From Desulfatiglandales bacterium (GTDB taxonomy: Bacteria; Desulfobacterota; DSM-4660; Desulfatiglandales; HGW-15): DNA of 64,000 bases. The stretch covers positions 2,784,001 through 2,848,000 of the forward strand of contig CAXXJJ010000004.1 in the NCBI GenBank assembly GCA_963667015.2. The letters are read 5' to 3'. Position numbers and translations under genes: made by a program. Under the pieces are notes generated by a model, which searched no databases, was not told the origin of the DNA, and saw only the letters and a list, made by a program, of their open reading frames with translations. Numbering within the stretch: position 1 is the stretch's first letter; every line of letters starts with the position of its first letter. Of the stretch, positions 38,081-48,872 are shown piece by piece.

Positions 38081-41000
38081 TTATTTCTTGTTTAAAAGTT
38101 CACCTTTAATGCCTGCCCCGAGGGTTTCAAGCGAAAAAGGTTTTTTAACATATTTACCGGCTCCCAGGTTCTGTATCGCGACAACATCTTCGGTTTCAGA
38201 ATATCCGCTTACAATAACAGCCTTCTGTCCCGGATTTAATTTTGCTATTCGCTCATATGTCTCTCTACCGCTTATTCCGGGAGCCATAATCATGTCCAGC
38301 AACACCAGGTCCACCCTGTTATTCTTCAGATATTCTATTGCTTCCTCCCCACTCGAAACTGCTATGTGCCGGTACCCCAGAGATTCAAGCATTTTGCAGG
38401 ATATCTCTCTCTGGCTGTTGATGTCATCCACCACAAGAATTAACTCACCACTCCCCTTTAACTCATTCAGTGAAACAGATGATGCCTTCCTTACCGGTTC
38501 CTCTCTGGTTATGGGAAAATACAATTCGAATCTGGAGCCATGCTTATCACTTTTTACATCAATATATCCTGAATGGTCCTGCACCGTATTCCATACAACT
38601 GCCAGGCCTAATCCTGTACCACTCTTACCCATTACCTTTTTGGTAAAAAACGGTTCAAATATTCTGTCAAGATTTTCAGGGGCTATTCCGGGACCGTCAT
38701 CGACTACAGTCAAGACCACATATTCTCCTGCATTAACATCCTCATACTTACTGATAGGCGCATCAATATATCTGTTGCTTGTAGATATAGTGACATGACC
38801 TTCATCTTCAATAGCCTCTGAGGCGTTTGATACAAGATTCATGATCACCTTTTTAATATGAATAAGTGAACCTGAGATATTAAACAGATCACTATCAAGA
38901 TTTGTCTGGAATTCAACCAGGGGATTGTAAATTTTAAGATTGTTAAATTCAGGGGAAATCAAATATTCCTCGATTACCTTATTCAGGTTTAATGGTCCCT
39001 TCACAGTGGCTGCCCCGCGGGCTATGGTAAGCAGATCCTGTACTATAGCTACGGCTTTATTTCCTGACTCCTGTATGGTTTCAATAGGCTTTCTCAGTTT
39101 ACTGTCTACGGGTAAATCCAGAAGCAGTAACTCCGGATAACTGACTATTCCCGACAATACATTATTAAGATCATGTGCTACGCCTCCCGCGAGGAGACCT
39201 AACGACTCCATCTTTTTAGACCGTGCAAGCTTTTCCTCACTCTCCCTTATTTTTTTCTGGGCAATTTTCCACTCGGTTATATCCTGGTTTACACCATAGG
39301 ACCTTATTGGGATTCCCTCGCTGTTTTTAACCCTTATGACCTGGTTTATTACATAGCCTGTTGTTCCATCAGCATACAGCATCCTGTGTTCAAGTTTTCC
39401 ATGCAAGGGAGTGCCATTTTTCATGGCCTCTTTCTTATTATCATCAAGGATATGAATATCATCGGGATGCACAAAGCGGCGTTTGTACTCCTCAAGGGAC
39501 ATTTTATATCCGCCCATTTCCTCAGCATTGGTATGATATAATTTATAGAACTGATCATTAAAGGTGAACTGCTGGGTCTTAATGTCCAATTCCCAGGGCC
39601 CCAGATGTGCAAGCTCGATTGCTGTCGCTAATTGAGCCTGTAATTTCTCCTGCTCTCTTTCAACCTGTTTACGCTGAACAGCGTTTGTAAAAGTCTCTCC
39701 GATAATACGAAGAATTACGATTTCGTCTTCTGACCATGTTCTTTTTTTCCGTATACTGTCAAACCCCAAAAATCCAACCAGGTTTTCACCATGCCTTATT
39801 ACAAGGAACATGAAGGATTTAATCCCTTTTTTTTCAAAATGGGTTATGTCTTTATGCGCTTCAGGAGGGAGCCTGCTGACATCCGGAACGTGGACAACTT
39901 CCTCTGACTGAATTATTTCATGAATCCAGGGCATATCCTTTTCAGGCTGCATTTCCTGAATACCCCCGATATGCGGAACTGAATCATCGGAACGCCATTC
40001 ATTAAAGTTATTAAACATTAATTTATCCGTGTGGCGAAGGAAAAGGTAAGCATGTTCAACTCCTAATTTCTTTCCTATAGCAGCGAGGGCTTCATCAATA
40101 CAGGCATCAACTTCATAGTGACTCAATCCAACAAGCCTGGAGGATATTTCACTTATAAGGCGCTCCAGTTCTGATCTCCTGGCAAGATCATCCTCAATTT
40201 TTTTCCTTTCGGTAATGTCCCTGCCAATACCAAGAACACCCACAAGTGTGCCATCTCTCTCGTACATCGGGGTTCTTAAGGTTTCCAGTATTTCCCGGTG
40301 ACCATCATTGGCAAATATAATCTCTTCCTCATTTCTGCCCGACCATCCTCTGTCCATAGCCGTTTTGTCATTTTCCCTAAACATATCAGCAAGTTTACTG
40401 TCAACAAAATCATAGTCAGTTTTATCAATTATCTTATTCTCACTGGCACCTAAAAGGTTTTCAACCCTGGGATTACAATACAAATATTTCCCATCAACAT
40501 CCTTAAGCCATATCAGATCCGGAATAGTCCTCATGAGGGTACGTAAATATGTCTCGCTCTTCTTGAGTGCTTCTTCTGCTTTTTTGCGTTCCGTAATATC
40601 AAATATCAGTGACAGTATTACCGGCTGCCCTTCCAGCATTATCTTACTCAGATGTATCTCACTGTCATACAGTGATCCGTCTTTTCTCTGTGTCAATGCC
40701 TCAAAGGTGAATGAAGCGCCTAAATCAATACCCTTCCATAACCCTGTCACATCTTCATCAGGGTTCAGATCAGGACCGGCTGTCTCCATTATTGTCAAAT
40801 TCAGGAGTTCTTCTCTTAAATAACCTTTAACCCTGCAGGTCTCTTCATTCACAATGAGATGCCTTCCTTCAAGGTCATGGACTGTAACACTGCACGGCAG
40901 GCTTTCCAGGACAGTCCTGAACCTTTCTTCGCTTTCCCTTAATGCGGTTTCAGAATTTTTCCTGTTTTTTATCTCCAGCTCCATCTGTTCTTTGGCTAAT

Positions 41001-41629
41001 TTCAATTCGGAAGTCTGATGCACAAGTTTCTCAATGGAAACGGACATAGAATTTAACAACCAGCCAAGGCTCACAACGAGAGCAATAGTAAAGCATCCGT
41101 ATATGAATGTAATATTGATCCATGATGGCAATTCGGTTGAGTATTCCTTTATTTCAAGGCTTAGTTCCCAATACCCGCTATGAAAAAGAATCCCCGTGAT
41201 AATTAGGACAACAATGTTAATTGATGAAAATAAAACTCCTGGCCTCACCCCGAAATAGATCGTCACAAGTATGCTTCCGAAAATAAAATAAGGAACTCCC
41301 GCTCCCGCAATCCCCCATTTTGATATTGAAAAAACGGCTATAATAAATGAACAGGCCACAAGGGAAACTGCCTTAAACCGAACCGGAATTTTTCTCCGAA
41401 AACATACGGAAATCAGGCATATAGAATATATAAAAAAATGAGTTAACAGGATCGATAAGCCGCCAACCGCGAGATACCGCAGATATGAAATGAGGATAAG
41501 AGGTGCACCGAGAAACGCAATACAAATCAGTATGGTGTTTGCCAGTCTGTCTCTGATATTCTGTATACTCTCATATTCGGAGCCTGATACCCAGAAAGAA
41601 TCACTCATATTCTTTTTATTTTTATCCAT
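38081..41629 (-). CDS. Membrane multi-PAS/GAF hybrid histidine kinase
   Basis: TM N-terminus, PAS x3, GAF, GGVAHDLNN, GTGLGL, receiver; start uncertain (up to 41716). Confidence 0.9.
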   Translation of the reverse strand: MDKNKKNMSDSFWVSGSEYESIQNIRDRLANTILICIAFLGAPLILISYLRYLAVGGLSILLTHFFIYSICLISVCFRRKIPVRFKAVSLVACSFIIAVFSISKWGIAGAGVPYFIFGSILVTIYFGVRPGVLFSSINIVVLIITGILFHSGYWELSLEIKEYSTELPSWINITFIYGCFTIALVVSLGWLLNSMSVSIEKLVHQTSELKLAKEQMELEIKNRKNSETALRESEERFRTVLESLPCSVTVHDLEGRHLIVNEETCRVKGYLREELLNLTIMETAGPDLNPDEDVTGLWKGIDLGASFTFEALTQRKDGSLYDSEIHLSKIMLEGQPVILSLIFDITERKKAEEALKKSETYLRTLMRTIPDLIWLKDVDGKYLYCNPRVENLLGASENKIIDKTDYDFVDSKLADMFRENDKTAMDRGWSGRNEEEIIFANDGHREILETLRTPMYERDGTLVGVLGIGRDITERKKIEDDLARRSELERLISEISSRLVGLSHYEVDACIDEALAAIGKKLGVEHAYLFLRHTDKLMFNNFNEWRSDDSVPHIGGIQEMQPEKDMPWIHEIIQSEEVVHVPDVSRLPPEAHKDITHFEKKGIKSFMFLVIRHGENLVGFLGFDSIRKKRTWSEDEIVILRIIGETFTNAVQRKQVEREQEKLQAQLATAIELAHLGPWELDIKTQQFTFNDQFYKLYHTNAEEMGGYKMSLEEYKRRFVHPDDIHILDDNKKEAMKNGTPLHGKLEHRMLYADGTTGYVINQVIRVKNSEGIPIRSYGVNQDITEWKIAQKKIRESEEKLARSKKMESLGLLAGGVAHDLNNVLSGIVSYPELLLLDLPVDSKLRKPIETIQESGNKAVAIVQDLLTIARGAATVKGPLNLNKVIEEYLISPEFNNLKIYNPLVEFQTNLDSDLFNISGSLIHIKKVIMNLVSNASEAIEDEGHVTISTSNRYIDAPISKYEDVNAGEYVVLTVVDDGPGIAPENLDRIFEPFFTKKVMGKSGTGLGLAVVWNTVQDHSGYIDVKSDKHGSRFELYFPITREEPVRKASSVSLNELKGSGELILVVDDINSQREISCKMLESLGYRHIAVSSGEEAIEYLKNNRVDLVLLDMIMAPGISGRETYERIAKLNPGQKAVIVSGYSETEDVVAIQNLGAGKYVKKPFSLETLGAGIKGELLNKK

Positions 41630-41967
41630 AAAATCCCATCCAGTGAATTTCCGGATAATCCTTAAAGTTAATACTGACAACCTTGAAGCAATAATTCGGA
41701 TATTACTAATGCCCAATGTTACAAAGAATTATCCGATTATTTTAAAAGCAAAAAGTATACCAGCAAAGACACTAAAGATATTACTTATAATATCAAAATG
41801 TTACAGGATTAATTAAAAACAGAAAAACTGCAGAGTGAAGATTTTTTGACGTATCTATGGAATGTATAAGAATACAGGTATTTGATATACTCAAGGTGTG
41901 ATAAAAAATCCCGGTTTACAGCCGGCCAGGTTACCAGTAGATTTATTGGGTATCGGCCGGCCTATTA

Positions 41968-43182
41968 CTAGATAACAGGACGAATAGTATTAAAGGGAGA
42001 TTTATACAATTCCTGAAGCACAAGACTCGCTGCACCCTTTGCCCAGTCGGTATGCTGCCATTCGGGAACAATTACCTTTGTCAGGGCCAGCATATCGCTG
42101 AATGTATGCCTTTTCACAGCATCGGTCATGGGCTTAAACATCAGGTCGCCGGCTTCCACTCCCTGGCCGGAAATAATGATTTTTTCCGGATTAAAGATAT
42201 TGATAAGAATCGATATACCAACACCCAGGTGATGACCTGCCGTTTCAAGTATATTAACAAGATCGACCTGTCCAGATTTTGCTGCAGCTACCACCTCGCT
42301 GAAGGTTATTTCTGAGTCGGTCTCCCTGACCCACAGACCTTTTTCAGCCACTTTCTCTGCCTGATTAATAATAGCCATCGCCCCGAGGACCGTCGCCAGG
42401 CAGCCTCTTTTTCCACAGACACATTCCTCTCCGTCAGGGGCAACCGGGACGTGCCCCATCTCTCCGGCAAAACCCCTTGTACCCCTGAAGAGCTGGCCGT
42501 TTGCCATAATACCCATTCCAACGCCTTCTTCTATTGTTATGACAAGGAAATTATCAACGCCTTTGCCTTCTCCGAACCACTGATGGGCAAGAGTCAGGGT
42601 GTTTGCATCATTTTCAATATATGTCTTTATATTCAGGCGGTCATAGAGCCGGTTCCTCAGGGGAACCTCCCCGGCTTCATAAAGAGGGCTCCAGTAGCAT
42701 GTGCCGGTGCTGCTGTCGACTACTCCGGGGATACCAACACCCACCCCTGAGATATTACCCATGGAAAGGCCGGCGTCGCCCACTGCCTTAATGATAATAT
42801 CCTCCATAAAGCCGGTAATAAAATCGACATTTTTTCTGCGGAAATTCTCTTCCCGGACTATTGCACTCCTTGTTTCTCCCTGCATATCGCACACAGCACA
42901 GCTCATTTTGCTGGCTGCCAGCTTTACACCAACTACATATGCGGCATCAGGATTCAATGCAAGGAGCACACGGTTGCGGCCGCGCTCACCGGTGACTTCT
43001 GTGTTCTTTTCAAAAATTAAACCATTTTCGATCATCTGGGCAGTAATCGTTGTTACTGATGCCCTGCTTTGTCCGGTAATATCTGCTATCTCAGAACGTG
43101 AAACCGCCCCTCTGGCACGGATGCTGTTTAAAATATTAAACTGGTTAATAGCACGAATAAGATCCAAATTTGCTGATGGCAT
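41968..43182 (-). CDS. ROK-family transcriptional regulator (NagC/XylR-like)
   Basis: N-terminal HTH, ENDAN, GEMGH, CVCGKRGCL. Confidence 0.92.
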   Translation of the reverse strand: MPSANLDLIRAINQFNILNSIRARGAVSRSEIADITGQSRASVTTITAQMIENGLIFEKNTEVTGERGRNRVLLALNPDAAYVVGVKLAASKMSCAVCDMQGETRSAIVREENFRRKNVDFITGFMEDIIIKAVGDAGLSMGNISGVGVGIPGVVDSSTGTCYWSPLYEAGEVPLRNRLYDRLNIKTYIENDANTLTLAHQWFGEGKGVDNFLVITIEEGVGMGIMANGQLFRGTRGFAGEMGHVPVAPDGEECVCGKRGCLATVLGAMAIINQAEKVAEKGLWVRETDSEITFSEVVAAAKSGQVDLVNILETAGHHLGVGISILINIFNPEKIIISGQGVEAGDLMFKPMTDAVKRHTFSDMLALTKVIVPEWQHTDWAKGAASLVLQELYKSPFNTIRPVI

Positions 43183-43357
43183 AAAAAAATCTTCTCCCCA
43201 AAATAAAATGGTTAGTTACTAAAAACTCAAATTGCTTTAATTTTAAGGTGTGCAAGACTATATTAGATTCAGTTAATTCAGATTGTTACAGTATTATTCA
43301 GGATTTGGCAATAAATCTTTTTAAAAAAACAGCCCCTTAAATAAATAATCTGTATTA

Positions 43358-44434
43358 TTACACATAAGTAATTTTATATTCAGAGGCCAGGTTCATCATA
43401 AAAAATGCAAAGGGCCTGTCAACATATCTTGTTATAATCGGGGCATGCACCGTGCCTTTTGGGCAAACCACGGCAGTCGGTTTATCGAAGACATACCGTT
43501 CGCGCTCTTCACCCAGATCTATTGAGATCTCTGCCCCAAGATAATTGATATCGGCCGGGTCAGTTCCTGCAAAGACAAGCACTTCATCACTCGGGTGTAC
43601 ATGGGCGCCGTCAGATTTGCCCGGTCCTCTGTGCCAGATTCCCGGTTTTTTATGAAAACCCCATGTATAATTGAGTTTCATACCCTCCAGATCTTCCCCC
43701 TTCATCCACATGACTTTATCTGTGTTTCCGGGCCCCGGACGCATAACATCACCCTTTGCCACTGCCTCTTCATACCCTGCCTTTTCCTCTGCTGACATAT
43801 CTTCAGTTAATGAGGCCATCGGTTTCATGGTTTTAATGAGATGTGCCTGTTTATTGCCGTATGTCATGGTATCCTCATTCACGGCATATCTTTTTTTGGG
43901 AAAAGTCGAAACCATGAAGGGCTTCCTGTCACTGTTGGTCATTGCCTGCATCTGCTTCATCTGGGCTTCGCTTATTCCATCTCCCATCCAGGCAGTTCTG
44001 GGCTCTGCGCCAAGAGAAATAATAAAAAAGCTGTATCCTATGGGGCTGGTAACCTCTTTTGTAACCGAGGGGCAATGTAAAACTCCTCCCTTCGCGACTA
44101 TAACAGACGGTTTATTAAAGGTGTGAACCTCCAGTTCCTTTCCCAGGCAGTACTGCATTTCCGCGCCCAGGTATTCAATGTTGTCAGGATCAAGTCCTAC
44201 AAAGACCAGAGCCTCAGGATATGGATGCACGTGAGGATCCATGCCGGGATGCCAGTCACCAAGACCGGTATAAAATCCCCATGAAAAATTGAGCTCAAGA
44301 CCTTCGAGGTGATCTCTTCCGTTCAGCCATAAATTTATATCTGCATTACCTGTATTTCTAAACGCCCTTTCCGCCCCGGGCATTGCTGCGATACTTAAGG
44401 GTTTAACCAGATGTGCATATTTATTTCCTTCCAT
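43358..44434 (-). CDS. Uncharacterised double cupin-like protein
   Basis: Two repeats: KYAHLVKP...HVHP..E.LVF.G.DP....LGAE...HCP/HAP. Confidence 0.75.
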   Translation of the reverse strand: MEGNKYAHLVKPLSIAAMPGAERAFRNTGNADINLWLNGRDHLEGLELNFSWGFYTGLGDWHPGMDPHVHPYPEALVFVGLDPDNIEYLGAEMQYCLGKELEVHTFNKPSVIVAKGGVLHCPSVTKEVTSPIGYSFFIISLGAEPRTAWMGDGISEAQMKQMQAMTNSDRKPFMVSTFPKKRYAVNEDTMTYGNKQAHLIKTMKPMASLTEDMSAEEKAGYEEAVAKGDVMRPGPGNTDKVMWMKGEDLEGMKLNYTWGFHKKPGIWHRGPGKSDGAHVHPSDEVLVFAGTDPADINYLGAEISIDLGEERERYVFDKPTAVVCPKGTVHAPIITRYVDRPFAFFMMNLASEYKITYV

Positions 44435-44491
44435 TTCAGATGTCCCTCCCTGTAATGTTAAATTGGCAAATTTATGACAACTTATTTTTAA

Positions 44492-44593
44492 CCACGAAGA
44501 GCACGAAGAAAAACCTTTTATGATTTTAAAAACAGGAAATCGCTTTTGTCTTTTTTTTTATAATTATAATGTTTTTCTTCGTGCTCTTCGTGG
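44492..44593. repeat. 23-bp perfect inverted repeat (CACGAAG-type miniature element)
   Basis: CCACGAAGAGCACGAAGAAAAAC at 44492-44514 and its reverse complement at 44571-44593. Confidence 0.75.
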
Positions 44594-44616
44594 CCTTCGT
44601 GGTTAACAACACAACA

Positions 44617-45717
44617 TTAATCAACTGTTTCTATTTCAGGATTTTTACTCAAACCAATTGTGTACGCAGCAAAGGGTCTGTCTACCCACCTGGTTACGAC
44701 AGGATTATGCGGCAGACCTTCCGGAAGTAAAACTGCAGTGGGTTTTTCTATGATATGCCTTTCATGTTCCTCTCCCAGTTCAATTTCTATCTGAGCGCCC
44801 AGATAATCTATGTCAGCCGGATCAAGCCCTGCAAAGACAAGAACCTCCGGTGCATAATTTTTTCGTGCACCTATACCGCGGTGCCATATCCCCGGACTGC
44901 TGTAGTATCCCCAGTTGAAGTTCATATTCAGATCTCCGAGATCCTTTCCAAACATCCATGTGAGGTGATCGGCGTATCCCGGTCCGGGTATTTCTCCTCT
45001 CTTTTTCATTTCTTCATGGTAGAGAGAGCCCGAGGCTGAAAGGGAATTACGGATATCGCTTCTTTCAATAAAAAATCCCGAACTCAAGGGTTTTACAAGA
45101 TGGGCATATTTACCTGTTGGCGCAGTCGGATTTTTTTTGATTCTTTTCTTTGAAACACTGGATTTCATCGGCAGTTTTATTCCCTGCTTTTCAGCCATTT
45201 CTGCCATTGCCTTTAAGGTTTCTTCGGATAAACCTTCCCCCATCCAGGTGGTTGCAGGCTCTGCTCCAAGGCAAAGCAGGAAAAAACCATAACCCTTCGG
45301 GCTGAATACCCTCTTTGTTATAAGGGGGCAATGCTGTAATCCCGCAGGAATAATAACAACAGTTGGTTCGTCAAAGGTATATGTTTCCTGCTCCTTTCCA
45401 AGGGAGATCTCGACTTCAGCCCCCAGATAATTCATCTTGGCCGAATCAAGTCCTACAAATACAAGACATTCGGCATAGGGATGCACATGTGGATCCTGGC
45501 CGGTGTGCCAGTCACCTAGTCCGCTGTAAAAGCCCCATGAAAAATTCAAATCCAATCCCCCCAGATGGTCTCTTCCATTCAGCCATAAAATTTTATCGGC
45601 ATTTCCCGGCCCCATAAAAGAAGAGGTCTCAGGGGCATCTGTACTCTCGATCGCCGGCATTTCAATCCTGCCCAGACTCAATGGTTTTATAAGATGTTCA
45701 TATTTTTTTTGCGGCAT
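44617..45717 (-). CDS. Uncharacterised double cupin-like protein, tandem paralog
   Basis: Clearly similar to 43358-44434 (WLNGRDHL..L.LNFSWGFY.GLGDWH); start reset after GGAGGAG. Confidence 0.75.
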   Translation of the reverse strand: MPQKKYEHLIKPLSLGRIEMPAIESTDAPETSSFMGPGNADKILWLNGRDHLGGLDLNFSWGFYSGLGDWHTGQDPHVHPYAECLVFVGLDSAKMNYLGAEVEISLGKEQETYTFDEPTVVIIPAGLQHCPLITKRVFSPKGYGFFLLCLGAEPATTWMGEGLSEETLKAMAEMAEKQGIKLPMKSSVSKKRIKKNPTAPTGKYAHLVKPLSSGFFIERSDIRNSLSASGSLYHEEMKKRGEIPGPGYADHLTWMFGKDLGDLNMNFNWGYYSSPGIWHRGIGARKNYAPEVLVFAGLDPADIDYLGAQIEIELGEEHERHIIEKPTAVLLPEGLPHNPVVTRWVDRPFAAYTIGLSKNPEIETVD

Positions 45718-45938
45718 GACAAAACACTCCTCCATGGTTAACAGTTACATATTTTTGCGGGATATGACACAGGTTTTGAATTGACTACAGTGAATATGTG
45801 CAACGGCCGGATTATATTTCATGTATTATACCGAGTCAACCGCCGAGTCTTTTACCCTCAGGATTAAGAGAGATCTTTAATTTAATGTAAATACATGAAG
45901 GAAGGGAATGGGGATAATTAAAATGGATACTTTTGTTT

Positions 45939-46412
45939 TCAGATATATTTATCCAGCTTTTCAACTGGTGAATAATATCCCCATCGGATAAACCCTTTCA
46001 AAATATCATTACCTTTATCAAGTGTGATTGTATTTTCATGAATAAGTTCAATAAGCACTCCAATACTTCCTGAGACTCGTATACCTTCTCTCAGGGCAAA
46101 CTTGCGAGCCATCATGTCATCACTTAAAAAATCATATTTTCTATGAATCGCAAGAACAAGGCAGGATGCTTCTCCTGATCCGAGCTTTTGATTCAGGAAA
46201 GTATACAGGTTTCTCTCGACTTTATTTTCAAAATCCAGTTTATCAAGCCAGGAGAAATCAGACTTTTTGAATAAACCAGCTTGGACTCCATTCTCAAATT
46301 CGTTGTATACGTATATTGTTGTAGCCCCGGAGTCATTACAAAATTGTTTAAGGAGGGATAATTCATCAACAAGAGTAAAATTTGACAGGACAGTGTTATC
46401 CAATAGTATCAT
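45939..46412 (-). CDS. PIN-domain (DUF3368-like) toxin
   Basis: LLDNTVLSNF, LGSGEA, SDD..AR, GSIGVL. Confidence 0.8.
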   Translation of the reverse strand: MILLDNTVLSNFTLVDELSLLKQFCNDSGATTIYVYNEFENGVQAGLFKKSDFSWLDKLDFENKVERNLYTFLNQKLGSGEASCLVLAIHRKYDFLSDDMMARKFALREGIRVSGSIGVLIELIHENTITLDKGNDILKGFIRWGYYSPVEKLDKYI

Positions 46413-46705
46413 TTGTTTTTAGCCTGCATTTTTTCAGCAGCAGCAGCTTCGGCTTGAATCTCTTCACCTGAGGATAAGCCAATTTTAACAGGAATTCCTC
46501 TGGATAAAAAACGTTCTCTCAATTTAACCGGATGTATATTTAACAACTCTGCAGTCTTGCTAAAGTTTATGTCACCATCCATATATGCACCGATAATAAG
46601 CTTTTCTTTTAATGCATCTTCCTTATCAAGTAACATTTTAATAGCTCCGTCAACTACATCCGGTTCTATCTCTCTCAATTTTTCAAGCTGTTTTAATTGC
46701 CACAT
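46409..46705 (-). CDS. UPF0175-like antitoxin
   Basis: AYMDGDINFSKTAELL...L..RGIP; ATGA overlap with PIN gene. Confidence 0.75.
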   Translation of the reverse strand: MWQLKQLEKLREIEPDVVDGAIKMLLDKEDALKEKLIIGAYMDGDINFSKTAELLNIHPVKLRERFLSRGIPVKIGLSSGEEIQAEAAAAEKMQAKNK

Positions 46706-46879
46706 AAATTGCTCCTTTTCGAAAATATTTAAATTATAGTATTAATAACTTTTACCGTCAATTCAAAGAATTATGCCTGAATGATGAGAAAAATTCCAAT
46801 GGGCACAATCGTCGATTTCAATAAAAAAAGGGCTAATCGTGGCAACGACTAACCCTTTCTTATTATTGTCTTTTTAAGA

Positions 46880-46952
<73 letters not shown>

Positions 46953-47086
46953 ATGTTTTGAAACGCTCTTATAACCTTTCCTTTTATGATGGTCAAGATG
47001 AAAATTGATAAAAATTTCTTTTAATCAATTCCCTTTGAGCACTGATATCTCCGTCCATAAATTTGTAATTTATGGACGGAGAATAA

Positions 47087-48292
47087 TCATTTTTTATCAT
47101 CTGAATCATCAAACTCCAGGTCCAGATCAAGATTTTCCAGATCGATAGTTAATCCATCATCAAACCCCAGCGTTTCTTCACTTCCAGCGGACTTGCTGTC
47201 ATCAGATGTATTTTCTTCAAAATCTGAAAGGCTCAGTTCACCGGTTTCATTGTTATCAAGGTTAAGATCAGAAAGGTCGAAGCCTTCATCACCATCAGAT
47301 CCATCTTCAATAGCCAGGTCACCAAGATCAAGGCCGTCTTCGGCACCAGAAGTGTCATCCAGATCCATGGTTTCCGATGTCATTATATCTTCATTGCCTG
47401 ACTCTTCCTGCCCACCCGTCTCATCAATGACGAGATCAGAAAGTTCAAGTGAACCGGTTTCACTTTTATCATCTTTCAGGTCGTCTGAATCTGTATCCAG
47501 TTCAAGACCGTCTTCAGAATCGAAATCAATATTTATTTCTTCCTCTTCAGGAAGCTTTTTCGGAGAATATATCTCATCGGGTATTGAATTGATTTCCAGC
47601 TCTCCGGTCTCATTTATTTTAAGATCACTTACATTCAATTCTACAGTCGAGTGACCTTCATTCTCGGTATCTGCTCCTTCTTCGGAAAAAGACCCGATTA
47701 CAGTGGTTTCTTCTGCTGATTCATCAAGCTCGTTATCCGGCACTCCATCCAGGACAAGCGAATCATTCGGAGATATCCCATCCATGCTATCAGTAATGCT
47801 TCCTTCCTCCAGTGAAACCTCTCCCAGATCAAGATTCAGATCATCGGCTGTTTCAGCACCGCCTTCTAATGATACTTCATCCATATCAAGGGAAAGCTCT
47901 TCATCATCACCGCCTAAATCAATATCGGTCACATCCCCGGCCTGGTCATCCAGGTCTATTTCAGGCAGTTCAAATTCTCCTGTATCATCGGTGAGGCTTA
48001 TTTCCAGGTCCTGATCGTCCTCACCAAAACTCAGGCCATCGCTTTCCATCATCGAAGATGTTTCTTCAAAATCAAGGCCTACCCCTGTACCGCGAAGGGC
48101 AGCATCACTATCCAGTGTAAAGCCTACATTGGATTCGTCTCCTGCGCCTACAAGCATCCCAAGCAGTTGAGGAGGGTTGCTTTTGTAGGTTGGCAGATTT
48201 AATTTGGCCTGCTCATCAGAAATATCTTTATTACACTTTGGGCATATCTGGTTATGATCAAAACTAATATAGCCGCACTTTGGACATCTCAT
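47087..48292 (-). CDS. Zinc-ribbon protein with long acidic low-complexity tail
   Basis: CPKCGY...CPKC; D/E/L-rich repeats. Confidence 0.8.
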   Translation of the reverse strand: MRCPKCGYISFDHNQICPKCNKDISDEQAKLNLPTYKSNPPQLLGMLVGAGDESNVGFTLDSDAALRGTGVGLDFEETSSMMESDGLSFGEDDQDLEISLTDDTGEFELPEIDLDDQAGDVTDIDLGGDDEELSLDMDEVSLEGGAETADDLNLDLGEVSLEEGSITDSMDGISPNDSLVLDGVPDNELDESAEETTVIGSFSEEGADTENEGHSTVELNVSDLKINETGELEINSIPDEIYSPKKLPEEEEINIDFDSEDGLELDTDSDDLKDDKSETGSLELSDLVIDETGGQEESGNEDIMTSETMDLDDTSGAEDGLDLGDLAIEDGSDGDEGFDLSDLNLDNNETGELSLSDFEENTSDDSKSAGSEETLGFDDGLTIDLENLDLDLEFDDSDDKK

Positions 48293-48417
48293 GTTAATAC
48301 CCCTTAGTATAAAGTGTTTTAAAAAAAGGGTCTTTCGGTTAAATAAAATGAAAATTACATATTTTCATTTTTTCGTCAAGTATTTAATATTAAATGGCTT
48401 TTTACTAAAGCTCAAAC

Positions 48418-48870
48418 CTATTTACCTGTATCAACCCCTCTTTTGTTTACTATTGCATCCCTTGCCATCTTATCACACTCTTCATTTTCCATGTGCCCCT
48501 GATGGCCCTTTACCCAGATCCATTCTATTTTATGGGGACTACTGAACTCCAGCAGGGCTTCCCATAGATCCCTGTTTAAAACGGGTTTCTTCTGGGAGTT
48601 GATCCAGTTTTTCTTTATCCAGCCCTTTATCCACTCGGTCATCCCTTTTATTACATAGGATGAGTCTGAAACAACTTTTATCTTGCTGGGTTTTTTTACT
48701 GCCTTAAGGGCCTCAATGACCGCCATCAACTCCATTCGATTATTCGTCGTGGATGGATCATATCCTGAAATTTTTCTGGAATGCTCCCCATATCTCAAGA
48801 TTGCGCCATACCCTCCCGGTCCAGGATTTCCGCTGCATGCGCCGTCTGTATATATTTCTACAATACCCAT
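48418..48870 (-). CDS. rnhA: Ribonuclease HI
   Basis: YTDGACSGNPGPGG, TTNNRMEL, WVKGH..H.ENE.CD. Confidence 0.97.
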   Translation of the reverse strand: MGIVEIYTDGACSGNPGPGGYGAILRYGEHSRKISGYDPSTTNNRMELMAVIEALKAVKKPSKIKVVSDSSYVIKGMTEWIKGWIKKNWINSQKKPVLNRDLWEALLEFSSPHKIEWIWVKGHQGHMENEECDKMARDAIVNKRGVDTGK

Positions 48871-48872
48871 TA

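Noticed and set aside
37977..38798. 273-aa plus-strand ORF and similar long antisense ORFs (e.g. 16269-16883, 29565-30161)
   Set aside because: Shadows of well-supported genes on the opposite strand, with no recognisable motifs.
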